A stretch of DNA of 26,239 nt from a virus (Duplodnaviria; Caudoviricetes): positions 1 through 26,239 of IMG/VR virus record IMGVR_UViG_3300017722_000987. One strand, 5' to 3'. Both the position numbers and the translations under genes were made by a program. Of this stretch, positions 1 to 8,098 are shown piece by piece (position 1 is the stretch's first letter; every line of letters starts with the position of its first letter). The notes beneath the pieces are model-generated. The model made no database searches and was not told where the DNA came from. It saw only the letters and a list, made by a program, of their open reading frames with translations.

Positions 1-89
1 AAGGGCGCATGTCCTAAGGGGAGCAGCCGCGGACGAAACTGGCTCATTTGCGGAACGGCTGTTCGCCGTCCCGCCTCCATCGGCGCGCT

Positions 90-115
90 AGGAACCCCCG
101 AGGAACCCCCGAGGA
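90..115. repeat. 11-bp tandem repeat AGGAACCCCCG x2 plus a partial third copy (AGGA)
   Basis: AGGAACCCCCG at 90-100 and 101-111, then AGGA at 112-115, just upstream of the terS promoter candidate. Confidence 0.85.
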
Positions 116-128
116 TATCCACGCATCG

Positions 129-160
129 GTTTGCACCGCGTAATACGCGATCTGTAGGCT
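129..160 (+). promoter_or_regulatory. Putative sigma70-like promoter for terS (TTGCAC-N18-TAGGCT), probably giving a leaderless mRNA
   Basis: GTTTGCAC at 129-136 and CTGTAGGCT at 152-160. The same two boxes recur with the same spacing at 5127-5158. ATG 168 lies 7 nt after the -10 box and has no SD. Confidence 0.65.
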
Positions 161-167
161 GGTAGCT

Positions 168-647
168 ATGAAAGGCCGCCCGCCAACGCCGAAACACATC
201 CTCGCTCTGCGAGGTTCCAAGCACGCCAAGAACCGCGAGGAACTCGGCGCTGCCCCGGCTGCCCCGATCACCGCGCCCGAGTGGCTGAAGCCTCGAGCGC
301 AGGAGATTTTCGGCCGGGTTGTCGCGTGGCTCGAGGGTATGGGCACCCTGGCTGAGAGTGACGAGCACGTCATCACCCGCTACTCGACGACATATGTCAT
401 GTGGGAGTATGCCAGCCAGCAACTCCAGGCGATGGATTCGTGCTACGTCGAGGTCTTAGCCCCCGACGGGTCGATCCGCTTCTCTCGCCCAGTAGCGATG
501 GCGATGCAGGCGAAGGAATGCGGCGAAGCTCTTCGCCATCTCGAGACTGTCCTGGGCCTTACCCCCGGCGACCGCACCCGCCTCGGCTACGGAGCGGTGA
601 AGGTCGTCGTCGATCCGATGGATGCTCTTCTCGCAAAACGTGGTTGA
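168..647 (+). CDS. terS: Terminase small subunit, P27-like family
   Basis: N-terminal GRPPTPKHILALRGS, APEWL, C-terminal LGLTPGDRTRL; lies directly before terL. Confidence 0.92.
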   Translation: MKGRPPTPKHILALRGSKHAKNREELGAAPAAPITAPEWLKPRAQEIFGRVVAWLEGMGTLAESDEHVITRYSTTYVMWEYASQQLQAMDSCYVEVLAPDGSIRFSRPVAMAMQAKECGEALRHLETVLGLTPGDRTRLGYGAVKVVVDPMDALLAKRG

Positions 648-2154
648 TATCCGCGAGTTCATCGGCCTACTTCAGCACAGTCGAGGCGACTTTGCCGGGA
701 AGCCATTCGTCCTCGAGCGCTGGCAGGACGAATACCTTGACAAGCTCTTCAATACGAAGAAGCCCGACGGCCTCCGACAATATCGAACCAGTCTGCTCGC
801 GATAAGTCGCAAGAATGGTAAGTCGGCGATGGCCGCCGCAATCGGGCTTTATATGCTCTGCTGCGACGACGTGGGGGCCGAGGTGATCGTCGCGGCCGGC
901 GACCGCTCGCAGGCGGCTCTATTGCATACCGCGGCGAAACAGTTCGTCGAATCGTGTCCGTCGCTGGCGAAGAGGTGCAAGGTCTACAGGAATAGCATCG
1001 TCCTGCCCGAGAGGAATGCGACGATGATCTGCATCTCGAGCGAGGCCGGCACCAAGCACGGCTACAACCCAAGCTGTGTGCTGGTCGATGAATATCACGT
1101 CTTCCCAGACCGTGAGCTAGTCGATGTCCTAGAGACGGGAACCGGCTCCAGGAGCCAGCCGCTGACCCTTTACATAACGACAGCCGGCACCGATATGCTC
1201 GGCCCGTGCTACAAGGACTGGCAGCGGGCTGAGAAGATTCGCGACGGCGTGCTCAAAGATGACTCGTTCCTGCCGTGCATATTTGCGGCCGACCCGGATG
1301 ATGACCCCTTTGTGGAATCCACTTGGAAAAAAGCGAATCCGAACTACGGAATCACGCTAAAACCCGAGTATTTCGAGCAATTCGCCCAGAAAGCGAAGGA
1401 CTCGCCGGCTGACGAGATCGTCTTCCGAACGCTCCACTTGAACCAGTGGCAGAAGTCGGAGACGAAGTGGATTCGCCACGGTGCCTGGGACGCCAACAAC
1501 GGGCCGCTTCGGGAGACTGCTGGCCGCCCCTGCTGGTGCGGCGTCGATCTTGCAAGCACGTTCGACACGACCGCGTTCGTCGCCGTCTGGCCGATGGCCG
1601 AGCCGGATGGCACCTTGACCTATGACGTTCACGCCAAGTTCTTCATCCCCGAGGAGAACGCGCAGAAGCGGTCGAAGGAAGACCGGGTGCCGTATCAAGC
1701 CTGGGCCGATGCGGGATATGTTAAATTAACAGAAGGCGATATTACGGACTATGACGCTGTTCGGGACTACATTCTCTCGTTTTGCGAGAAGAATTCCGTT
1801 CGGGCTGTAGCCATTGATCGCTGGAACGCCGTTCACTTGACGACCCAACTCATAGGAGAAGGGATTGAAGTGAAGCCGTTCGGACAAGGTTTTGCGAGCA
1901 TGAGTTCGCCCTCGAAGCTGCTTGAAACGGCCACGATTAGTAAGCGAATCCGGCACGCGGGCAACCCGACCCTCGCGTGGCAGATGTCGAATGTGCAGAT
2001 CAAGATCGACGATGCGGCGAACATCAAACCGACGAAGAAGCATTCTCACTCGACGGCCCGTATTGACGGGGTTGTGGCCCTAATCATGGCTCTGGGCCTC
2101 GCGAGCGGCGAGAACCACGGCACTTCTGACGAACCCACCCTCATGGTGCTCTAG
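622..2154 (+). CDS. terL: Terminase large subunit (start may be GTG 640)
   Basis: LERWQ Q-motif, Walker A ISRKNGKS, Walker B VLVDEYH, coupling motif ITTAG, nuclease motifs GVDLA and RIDGVVA. Confidence 0.97.
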   Translation: MLFSQNVVDIREFIGLLQHSRGDFAGKPFVLERWQDEYLDKLFNTKKPDGLRQYRTSLLAISRKNGKSAMAAAIGLYMLCCDDVGAEVIVAAGDRSQAALLHTAAKQFVESCPSLAKRCKVYRNSIVLPERNATMICISSEAGTKHGYNPSCVLVDEYHVFPDRELVDVLETGTGSRSQPLTLYITTAGTDMLGPCYKDWQRAEKIRDGVLKDDSFLPCIFAADPDDDPFVESTWKKANPNYGITLKPEYFEQFAQKAKDSPADEIVFRTLHLNQWQKSETKWIRHGAWDANNGPLRETAGRPCWCGVDLASTFDTTAFVAVWPMAEPDGTLTYDVHAKFFIPEENAQKRSKEDRVPYQAWADAGYVKLTEGDITDYDAVRDYILSFCEKNSVRAVAIDRWNAVHLTTQLIGEGIEVKPFGQGFASMSSPSKLLETATISKRIRHAGNPTLAWQMSNVQIKIDDAANIKPTKKHSHSTARIDGVVALIMALGLASGENHGTSDEPTLMVL

Positions 2155-2156
2155 CC

Positions 2157-3803
2157 GTGGATAAAGTTGACGAAGAAGTCTCCGATCTGATTGAGCTTCG
2201 CGACGGCTATTCCCGCATATTCGAGGAAATCAAGGACACTCGGCGAACCGCGTCGGGCGTCAGCGTCTCGCCTGAGACGAGCCTCCAGTGCGTGGCCGTA
2301 TTGGCCTGCGTCAGAGTGCTCGCCGAATCGTTGGCGTCGTTGCCAATGAACGTCTACCGCCGGCTCCCCGGCGGCGGCAAGGAGATCGCCGACGAGCAGC
2401 ATCTGCATGAGGTTCTCTGCCACCAGCCAAATTCGTGGATGACGGGGTTCGAGTTCCGGGAATTAATGCAGTCTTGGCTTTTGCTTTGGGGTAACGCATA
2501 TGCGTACATCAAGGGCGGCCGGCAGGGCGGGGTGAGCGAGCTTATCCCCCTGCATCCCTCGCGGATGGAATGCAAGCGGCTCACAAACGGCAAGCTCCGA
2601 TATTATTACACCGAGCCGACGACGCCGTTCCAGCCCCAGGTTCAAGTCACCGAGTATCGTCAGGACGAGATTTTTCATCTTCGCTGGCTCTCTAGCGACG
2701 GGGTGACAGGGTTTGTACCAACTACCCTATCTCGAGACGCCATCGGGCTGGCTCGGGCCACCGAACTGCACTCTGGCGCATTCTTCGGCAACAACGGAAT
2801 GCCTGGAACCTACATCGAAACCGACCAACCGCATAAGCCCGAGGTGCTCGCCCGGTTCAAGGAACAGTGGAATGACGCTCATCAGGGGCCGATGAATTCT
2901 TTCAAAACTGTTGTCATGCCCTTCGGATTTCACCGGAAGCAAATCGAGCAGCGCAACGATACTTCCATGCTGATTGAGACTCGGCGCTACCAAGTCGAAG
3001 AGGTGGCACGGTGCTACCGTGTGCCACCTCATTTGGTAGGAGACTTGTCCAACGTGCGTTTTTCGACGGTCGAGCAGTCGGCTATCGACTTCGTCACCTT
3101 CTCGCTGATCCCGTGGTGCCGCCGATGGGAATCGGCCTGCCGCCGCGATCTCGTCGTTGACGACAAGCAGTATTTCGTCCAGTTCGACACGAACGCCTTG
3201 ATGGCCGGCGACTACGCTGCCCGCAGCCAGTTCATCCGCGAGATGGCGAACCTCGGCGCACTCGACGTGGACGAGATTCGCGCCCAGATCGGCTACAACC
3301 CGCTCCCCGACGGCATGGGCAAGAAGCGATTCATTCAGGTGAATATGCAATTGCTTGATGCGTTCACGATGGAGAACCCGAACGGGCAGAAACCGCAGCC
3401 CGAGGCCGCCCCTTCCCAGGAATCGCCGGAAGAAGAGGACGAAGAGGACGACGACGAGGTCGAGCCTCCCGAAAACGACTCCGATGCCGCCGAGGAGCAG
3501 GACGCCAGGGCGATTGCGGGGGCCGAAGTTGTCTTCAAAACGACGCTTCGACGCCTCGCCGGGGTCGAAGCAGACGGCGTGCTCGAGCGCCGCAACAAGC
3601 CAGAGAAGATGGCGGCGTGGCTAGACACGATGGCTGCCCGCATTCGCGAAGAACTTCGCGAATCTGCCCAGGCTACCGGCAGAGATATCGATCAGTTTGC
3701 GTCGAATTGGGCAGCCCGGTCGCGTGAACTCCTCTTGGAGTGCCACCGCAGCGGGCAGAAGTACGAAATTGCCACAGAAGGATGGTGCGATAAGCACCTC
3801 TAA
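2157..3803 (+). CDS. Portal protein, HK97 family, with acidic linker and C-terminal extension
   Basis: ACVRVLAESLASLP, LLWGNAY, LIPLHPSRM, EIFHLR, VEEVARCYRVPPHLVG, EIRAQIGYNP; follows terL. Confidence 0.96.
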   Translation: MDKVDEEVSDLIELRDGYSRIFEEIKDTRRTASGVSVSPETSLQCVAVLACVRVLAESLASLPMNVYRRLPGGGKEIADEQHLHEVLCHQPNSWMTGFEFRELMQSWLLLWGNAYAYIKGGRQGGVSELIPLHPSRMECKRLTNGKLRYYYTEPTTPFQPQVQVTEYRQDEIFHLRWLSSDGVTGFVPTTLSRDAIGLARATELHSGAFFGNNGMPGTYIETDQPHKPEVLARFKEQWNDAHQGPMNSFKTVVMPFGFHRKQIEQRNDTSMLIETRRYQVEEVARCYRVPPHLVGDLSNVRFSTVEQSAIDFVTFSLIPWCRRWESACRRDLVVDDKQYFVQFDTNALMAGDYAARSQFIREMANLGALDVDEIRAQIGYNPLPDGMGKKRFIQVNMQLLDAFTMENPNGQKPQPEAAPSQESPEEEDEEDDDEVEPPENDSDAAEEQDARAIAGAEVVFKTTLRRLAGVEADGVLERRNKPEKMAAWLDTMAARIREELRESAQATGRDIDQFASNWAARSRELLLECHRSGQKYEIATEGWCDKHL

Positions 3804-3805
3804 TC

Positions 3806-5146
3806 ATGTCAAATATCGGCGAGATCGAGCGTAGAACCATGCTTTCTGAGGCTCAAATCGAGCTTCGGGACACCGAAAACGGCGATAAAAAGGCCGTAAT
3901 TACGGGCTATGGGGCCGTATTTAACTCAGAAAGTAGGAATTTGGGTGGGTTTGTGGAGACAATCCACCCCTCCGCGTTCGATAACGTGCTCTCGTCGAAT
4001 CCCGACGTGATCGGCGTGTTCAATCACGACCGAAACCTACTGCTGGGACGTACCACAAATGGTACGTTGAAACTGACCACTGACGCCTACGGTCTGCGTT
4101 ACGAAATCACTCCCAACACGAACACAAGCATAGGAAGAGACACTGTTGAGTGGGTAAAAGATCGTACTGTCGTGGGCAGCAGCTTCGCGTTCGCGATTTC
4201 TAAGGACTCCGGCGACTCTTGGTCTACCGATGAGCGCGGAATGCGTCGTCGCGAGGTCAGAAACATCGCCCTGCTCGAGGATGTCGGCCCCGTGGCCCGG
4301 CCCGCGTATGACTCGTCGAGCGTCGTCGTCAGTCGGCGAGCCATTGAGCTTGCTATGGGTGACAAGAATCGCCCGCGGCAGACGATGGCGAACGCTGCCA
4401 AGCGTGGCCTCAAGCTCGCCGAACGCAATGAAGGCATCGACGGCGTGTTGGTCGGCATTGCCCAGCGGCTGGTCGCCCGCGAGGTCGTCAGCGTCGAAGA
4501 AATCGCGTATCTCTCGACCGTCTACGAACGCTGCTTGGCGGCGAAGACCCTCGGCTGGTCGGGAACTGTCGCCTGGGTGGAGTGGCAGCTTGCCGGCGGC
4601 GACACCGGGCAGAAGTGGGTGGCTCGACGAGCCGCCCCCCAGGAGATCGAAGAGCGTGCCGTGAGCCTTGTGCCGAGTGAGGGCATGGCATCATGCGCCC
4701 GCAACGGGCTGAAGCTCCACGAAGAAGGCCGATCTGGCGACGGACTCAAGCCTGAGACTGTTTCGCGTGCAAAGCGGATCGCCGCCCGCGAAGAACTGAC
4801 GCCCGAGCACGTTCGCGAGATGCGTGCGTGGTTCGCACGGCACAAAGTTGATCGCAAGGCGGGCTGGGATAAGGCCGGCAGTGAGACTCCCGGTTTTGTA
4901 GCGCACGAACTCTGGGGGGGAGACGCGGCCGTGTCTTGGAGTGAGGCCAAGGTCAAGCAGATGGACGGCGATAAGGCCGACGAAAAACGCGAAGACGCCG
5001 TTGTCGAAGTGCCCGTCGCAGTCGTCGAAGAGGCGGCACCAGTAGTCGTCGAAGCGCCGAAGCAGGAACGCGGCGAAGACTTCGCAGGAAAGATCGCATC
5101 TCTCAAAGCGACAATTCTGCGGAACAGTTTGCACGGCAACAACTAG
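3806..5146 (+). CDS. Prohead (maturation) protease, HK97 family, with two tandem C-terminal domains
   Basis: GYGAVFNS, FVETIHPSAF, FNHD (catalytic His region), GSSFAF (catalytic Ser region), VARPAY; protease domain is about aa 1-175, followed by a long extension. Confidence 0.93.
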   Translation: MSNIGEIERRTMLSEAQIELRDTENGDKKAVITGYGAVFNSESRNLGGFVETIHPSAFDNVLSSNPDVIGVFNHDRNLLLGRTTNGTLKLTTDAYGLRYEITPNTNTSIGRDTVEWVKDRTVVGSSFAFAISKDSGDSWSTDERGMRRREVRNIALLEDVGPVARPAYDSSSVVVSRRAIELAMGDKNRPRQTMANAAKRGLKLAERNEGIDGVLVGIAQRLVAREVVSVEEIAYLSTVYERCLAAKTLGWSGTVAWVEWQLAGGDTGQKWVARRAAPQEIEERAVSLVPSEGMASCARNGLKLHEEGRSGDGLKPETVSRAKRIAAREELTPEHVREMRAWFARHKVDRKAGWDKAGSETPGFVAHELWGGDAAVSWSEAKVKQMDGDKADEKREDAVVEVPVAVVEEAAPVVVEAPKQERGEDFAGKIASLKATILRNSLHGNN

Positions 5147-5158
5147 TAACTGTAGGCT
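5127..5158 (+). promoter_or_regulatory. Putative promoter for the major capsid gene (TTGCAC-N18-TAGGCT)
   Basis: GTTTGCAC at 5127-5134 and CTGTAGGCT at 5150-5158, matching 129-160 in both boxes and spacing. Confidence 0.65.
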
Positions 5159-5169
5159 ACATAGATAGA

Positions 5170-5291
5170 CATTGCTTCACGACGGAAGTCGTGAGGGGCA
5201 GTGCGAGCGATCTGAGGATTCAGGTCTGCGGCGCGCTAGCGGGATCACCCGCCGGCCGCAGCATTTCGCGTTGGCCGGCTCAAACTAGGAG
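5170..5291 (+). promoter_or_regulatory. Structured 5' leader of the capsid gene (about four stem-loops) ending in SD AGGAG
   Basis: Hairpins at 5170-5203 (loop GGAA), 5209-5226 (loop GGAT), 5239-5252 (loop ATCA) and 5251-5279; SD at 5287-5291; ATG at 5300. Confidence 0.6.
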
Positions 5292-5299
5292 CAGGCCAA

Positions 5300-6640
5300 A
5301 TGGCATCGAATCTCAAGCGTCTTCAGGATCGTGCTGCGGCCATCGCCGCCCGTATGACCGAACTGGCCGCCGTGGCCGAGCGTTCGGAAGATCAGACCGT
5401 CGAACTGCGGAAGCTCTCCGGCGAGGCCGACGCCGTCAAGGCCGATCTGGACTTCGAGTCGATGATCGCTGCCAAGGAGCGTGAACTCCGCTCGGTCGTC
5501 GAGGTCGCCGCCCCGGCTGTTGTTGCCGCTCCGGCTCCTGAAGCCCCCAAGACCGAGATTCGTGCGGTCGGCGTCCACCACACCCAGCTTCGTGCTTTCA
5601 ACGACTCGCCCGAGGCTGTCGAGAGTGCCTACCGCTGCGGCCGCTGGCTGCGTGCCCATGCGTTCAAGCACGCTGACGACATCCGTTGGTGCAAGGATCA
5701 CGGCGTCGAGGCCCGCGCTCTCAACGAGGGCAGCAACTCGGCGGGCGGTGCCCTGGTTCCAGAGGAGTTTGCCGCTCGCGTGATCCGCTTGACAGAAACT
5801 TTCGGCACGTTCGCAGCGTCGAACGTCGAGAAGATCGTCATGTCGCGGGACACGATGATTATCCCCAAACGAGTAACGGGCACGACAGCGTATTTTTTGG
5901 GCGAAGGAACTGCGGTGCAGGAATCTGAGCCGACCTACGCAAACGTGCAGCTTATTGCCAAAAAATTGGCCTGCGGCACGAGAATGTCGAGCGAAATCGT
6001 CGAAGATGCTCTCGTCTCGATTGCAGATGCCGTGGCAACAGAATTCGCAACGAGCTTGGCGCTCAAGCAGGACTTGTGCGCCTGGTTGGGTAGCGGCGAC
6101 TCCGGTTCGGGCGGTATCTACGGCATCGTGCCAAAGGTCAACGATGGCACGCACACCGCTGGCGTTCTGACCGCCGGCACGGGCGCAACGGGCTTCGAGA
6201 GCCTGACGATCACCGACTTCATCAAGATGATCGGCCGGATGCCTCTCTACGCCCGACAGGGTGCAGCGTTTTACATCTCGCCGGCTGGCTTCGCTGCCTC
6301 GATGGCCCGCCTCCGCTACGCGGCTGGCGGCAACACCGTCGAGCAGGTTGGCAGCGGCGTCAACGAGCAGTTCCTCGGATTTCCGGTGAACCTAATTCAT
6401 GTCATGGACAGCACGCTCGGTGCTGATCCCTCCAAGGTGAAGGTGCTGTTCGCGAACCTCGGACTCTCGAGCATCTACGCTCGTCGCCGGGACTTCTCGG
6501 TCAAGCTCTACGATCAGGTCTACGCGACCACTGATCAACTTTTGCTCCAGGGAACGAGCCGCTTCGACATTGTCCATCACTCGCTCGGCGACAACACGAC
6601 CGCCGGCCCGGTGATCGCTCTCAAGACCGCGGCGTCTTGA
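5300..6640 (+). CDS. Major capsid protein, HK97 fold, with N-terminal delta (scaffold) domain
   Basis: Coiled-coil N-terminus, then AGGALVPEEF, AYFLGEG, KKLACGTRMSSEIVEDA, FLGFPV, VLFANL; SD AGGAG. Confidence 0.96.
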   Translation: MASNLKRLQDRAAAIAARMTELAAVAERSEDQTVELRKLSGEADAVKADLDFESMIAAKERELRSVVEVAAPAVVAAPAPEAPKTEIRAVGVHHTQLRAFNDSPEAVESAYRCGRWLRAHAFKHADDIRWCKDHGVEARALNEGSNSAGGALVPEEFAARVIRLTETFGTFAASNVEKIVMSRDTMIIPKRVTGTTAYFLGEGTAVQESEPTYANVQLIAKKLACGTRMSSEIVEDALVSIADAVATEFATSLALKQDLCAWLGSGDSGSGGIYGIVPKVNDGTHTAGVLTAGTGATGFESLTITDFIKMIGRMPLYARQGAAFYISPAGFAASMARLRYAAGGNTVEQVGSGVNEQFLGFPVNLIHVMDSTLGADPSKVKVLFANLGLSSIYARRRDFSVKLYDQVYATTDQLLLQGTSRFDIVHHSLGDNTTAGPVIALKTAAS

Positions 6641-6679
6641 GCCTAAAACAACAACCTCTTAGAAGGAGAACCCTGTCCC

Positions 6680-7105
6680 ATGCTTCATTCGCAAATGGAA
6701 AAGGTTGTCTCGGCCGTCCCCACGGCTGTCGGCAGCAGCGCAGTGACCCTGACGATTGACACCCTCGGCTACGATCACGCGAGCGTGACTGTCCTTCGTG
6801 CCAGCAACGCCTCGACGGTGTTCGCCAGCGTACTGAAGATCGAGCACTCGGACGACAACTCGTCCTACTCCGATCTGTCGGGCTTCGTCGGCGGCACCGA
6901 CTTCACGATCCCGGTCGTGTCCGACACCGCGTCGGCCGCCGCCGTGAAGCTCGACGTGAACACGCAGGCGAAGAAGCGTTACCTCAAGGTGACCGCGACC
7001 CCCGCCGTGAGCGTGAACACTGTTGTGACGGCTCGGCTGTCCCGTGGCGAAAACGCCCCGGCCACCGCGTCGGAAGCTGGCTGCATCGGTTGGGTTAAGG
7101 GCTGA
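6680..7105 (+). CDS. Putative capsid decoration/cement protein (beta-rich)
   Basis: Directly after the capsid gene with SD AAGGAG; IDTLGYD, LKIEHSDD and KRYLKV patterns are typical of small post-capsid beta-sandwich proteins. Function is inferred. Confidence 0.6.
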   Translation: MLHSQMEKVVSAVPTAVGSSAVTLTIDTLGYDHASVTVLRASNASTVFASVLKIEHSDDNSSYSDLSGFVGGTDFTIPVVSDTASAAAVKLDVNTQAKKRYLKVTATPAVSVNTVVTARLSRGENAPATASEAGCIGWVKG

Positions 7106-7177
7106 TCCCGTATCTGCGGGACGGCCATGACGGCCGACAAAGGCGCAAGGATGCGCGCCCGCTCCAAATAAGGAGCG
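7106..7177 (+). promoter_or_regulatory. Four consecutive small hairpins, including a GGA-loop hairpin and an SD-sequestering hairpin
   Basis: TCCCGT-ATCT-GCGGGA 7106-7121; CGGCC-ATGAC-GGCCG 7122-7136; GCGC-AAGGAT-GCGC 7143-7156; CGCTCC-AAATAA-GGAGCG 7160-7177. Confidence 0.6.
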
Positions 7178-7181
7178 AATC

Positions 7182-7910
7182 GTGCTACTGCGTATCGGTA
7201 ATGTCGAAGCGGAAATAAAAGTCGCGGCGGTGATGTCCACCCCGCGACTTGGATTCACAGACAATTTCTTCTGCGTCTCGTCGGCACTGGCCCCACACGG
7301 CATCAGTCCTATCAAGGTCACTGGTGCTTTCTGGGGTCAGTGCCTTCAGCGAGCGATGGAACAGGTCGTGGACACCCACGACGTGATCCTCACCCTTGAC
7401 TATGACACTGTCTTCAATGCGAAGACCGTCGAGGCTCTGCTCGCCCTCCTGCTCCACTCGGGGTATGACGCTATCGCTCCGCTTCAGACGAAGCGGGAAG
7501 CCAACGCAGTCATGTTCGCCCTGCCGGGCAGCGATCTGGACGAGAAGACGACAGTCGGCGGCGACTTCTTCAGTAAGGTGATCCAGCCGGTGGAGACGGC
7601 CCACTTCGGCCTCACGTTCCTGCGAACGGCGGCTCTAAAGAAGATGAAGAAGCCGTGGTTCCTCGCCAGGGCGAGCGAAACGGGCGAGTTCGACGGCGGG
7701 CACGTTGACGAAGATATAGCGTTTTGGAGGTCGTGGGCCGCTTGCGGCAACACGCTCGGCATCGCCACTCACGTCAGCGTCGGGCACGCCGAACTGATGG
7801 TCACATGGCCGTCGAGGACGGACGCCAGCGGCAAGGTGCAGCAGCACACGACCGAATACTGGAATGGCGGCCAGAAGGCACCAGAGAACGCCTGGGGGCA
7901 AGTCCATTGA
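7182..7910 (+). CDS. Glycosyltransferase, GT-A fold (GT2-like)
   Basis: DxD motif in VILTLDYDTVF, HFGLTFLRTAALKKMKKPWF, acidic DEDIAFW motif, C-terminal VGH; GTG start after SD AAGGAG. Confidence 0.78.
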   Translation: MLLRIGNVEAEIKVAAVMSTPRLGFTDNFFCVSSALAPHGISPIKVTGAFWGQCLQRAMEQVVDTHDVILTLDYDTVFNAKTVEALLALLLHSGYDAIAPLQTKREANAVMFALPGSDLDEKTTVGGDFFSKVIQPVETAHFGLTFLRTAALKKMKKPWFLARASETGEFDGGHVDEDIAFWRSWAACGNTLGIATHVSVGHAELMVTWPSRTDASGKVQQHTTEYWNGGQKAPENAWGQVH

Positions 7911-8098
7911 GAATCCGAGTGCTTCAGAATTTCGACTGCTACGAACAGGGTCAGGTCTTCCAAGACTGGCCGGCGGGGATGTGCGATCTGCTCATTCGCC
8001 GAGGTCTGATCGAAGAAGTTGAGACGGCAGAAGCCGTGCCCGAGGCGATTGAACGGGCCGATATGGGCGTAAGAACGAAGCCAAAGCAGAGGAAGTAA
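7907..8098 (+). CDS. Small hypothetical protein (63 aa)
   Basis: TTG start overlaps the glycosyltransferase stop (TTGA), and the stop overlaps the next ATG (TAATG); sequence RIRVLQNFDCYEQGQVF...LIRRGLIEEV. Confidence 0.65.
   Translation: MRIRVLQNFDCYEQGQVFQDWPAGMCDLLIRRGLIEEVETAEAVPEAIERADMGVRTKPKQRK

Noticed and set aside
5191-5484. + strand 97-aa ORF across the capsid leader
   Set aside because: It starts inside a hairpin, overlaps the capsid gene out of frame, and has an Arg/Gly-rich off-frame composition
7106-7136. Intrinsic terminator after the cement gene
   Set aside because: Hairpins are present but there is no U-tract, so it is not called a terminator
7724-7906. N-terminal extension of ORF 7724-8098
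   Set aside because: It lies inside the glycosyltransferase gene; the coupled TTG at 7907 is a better start
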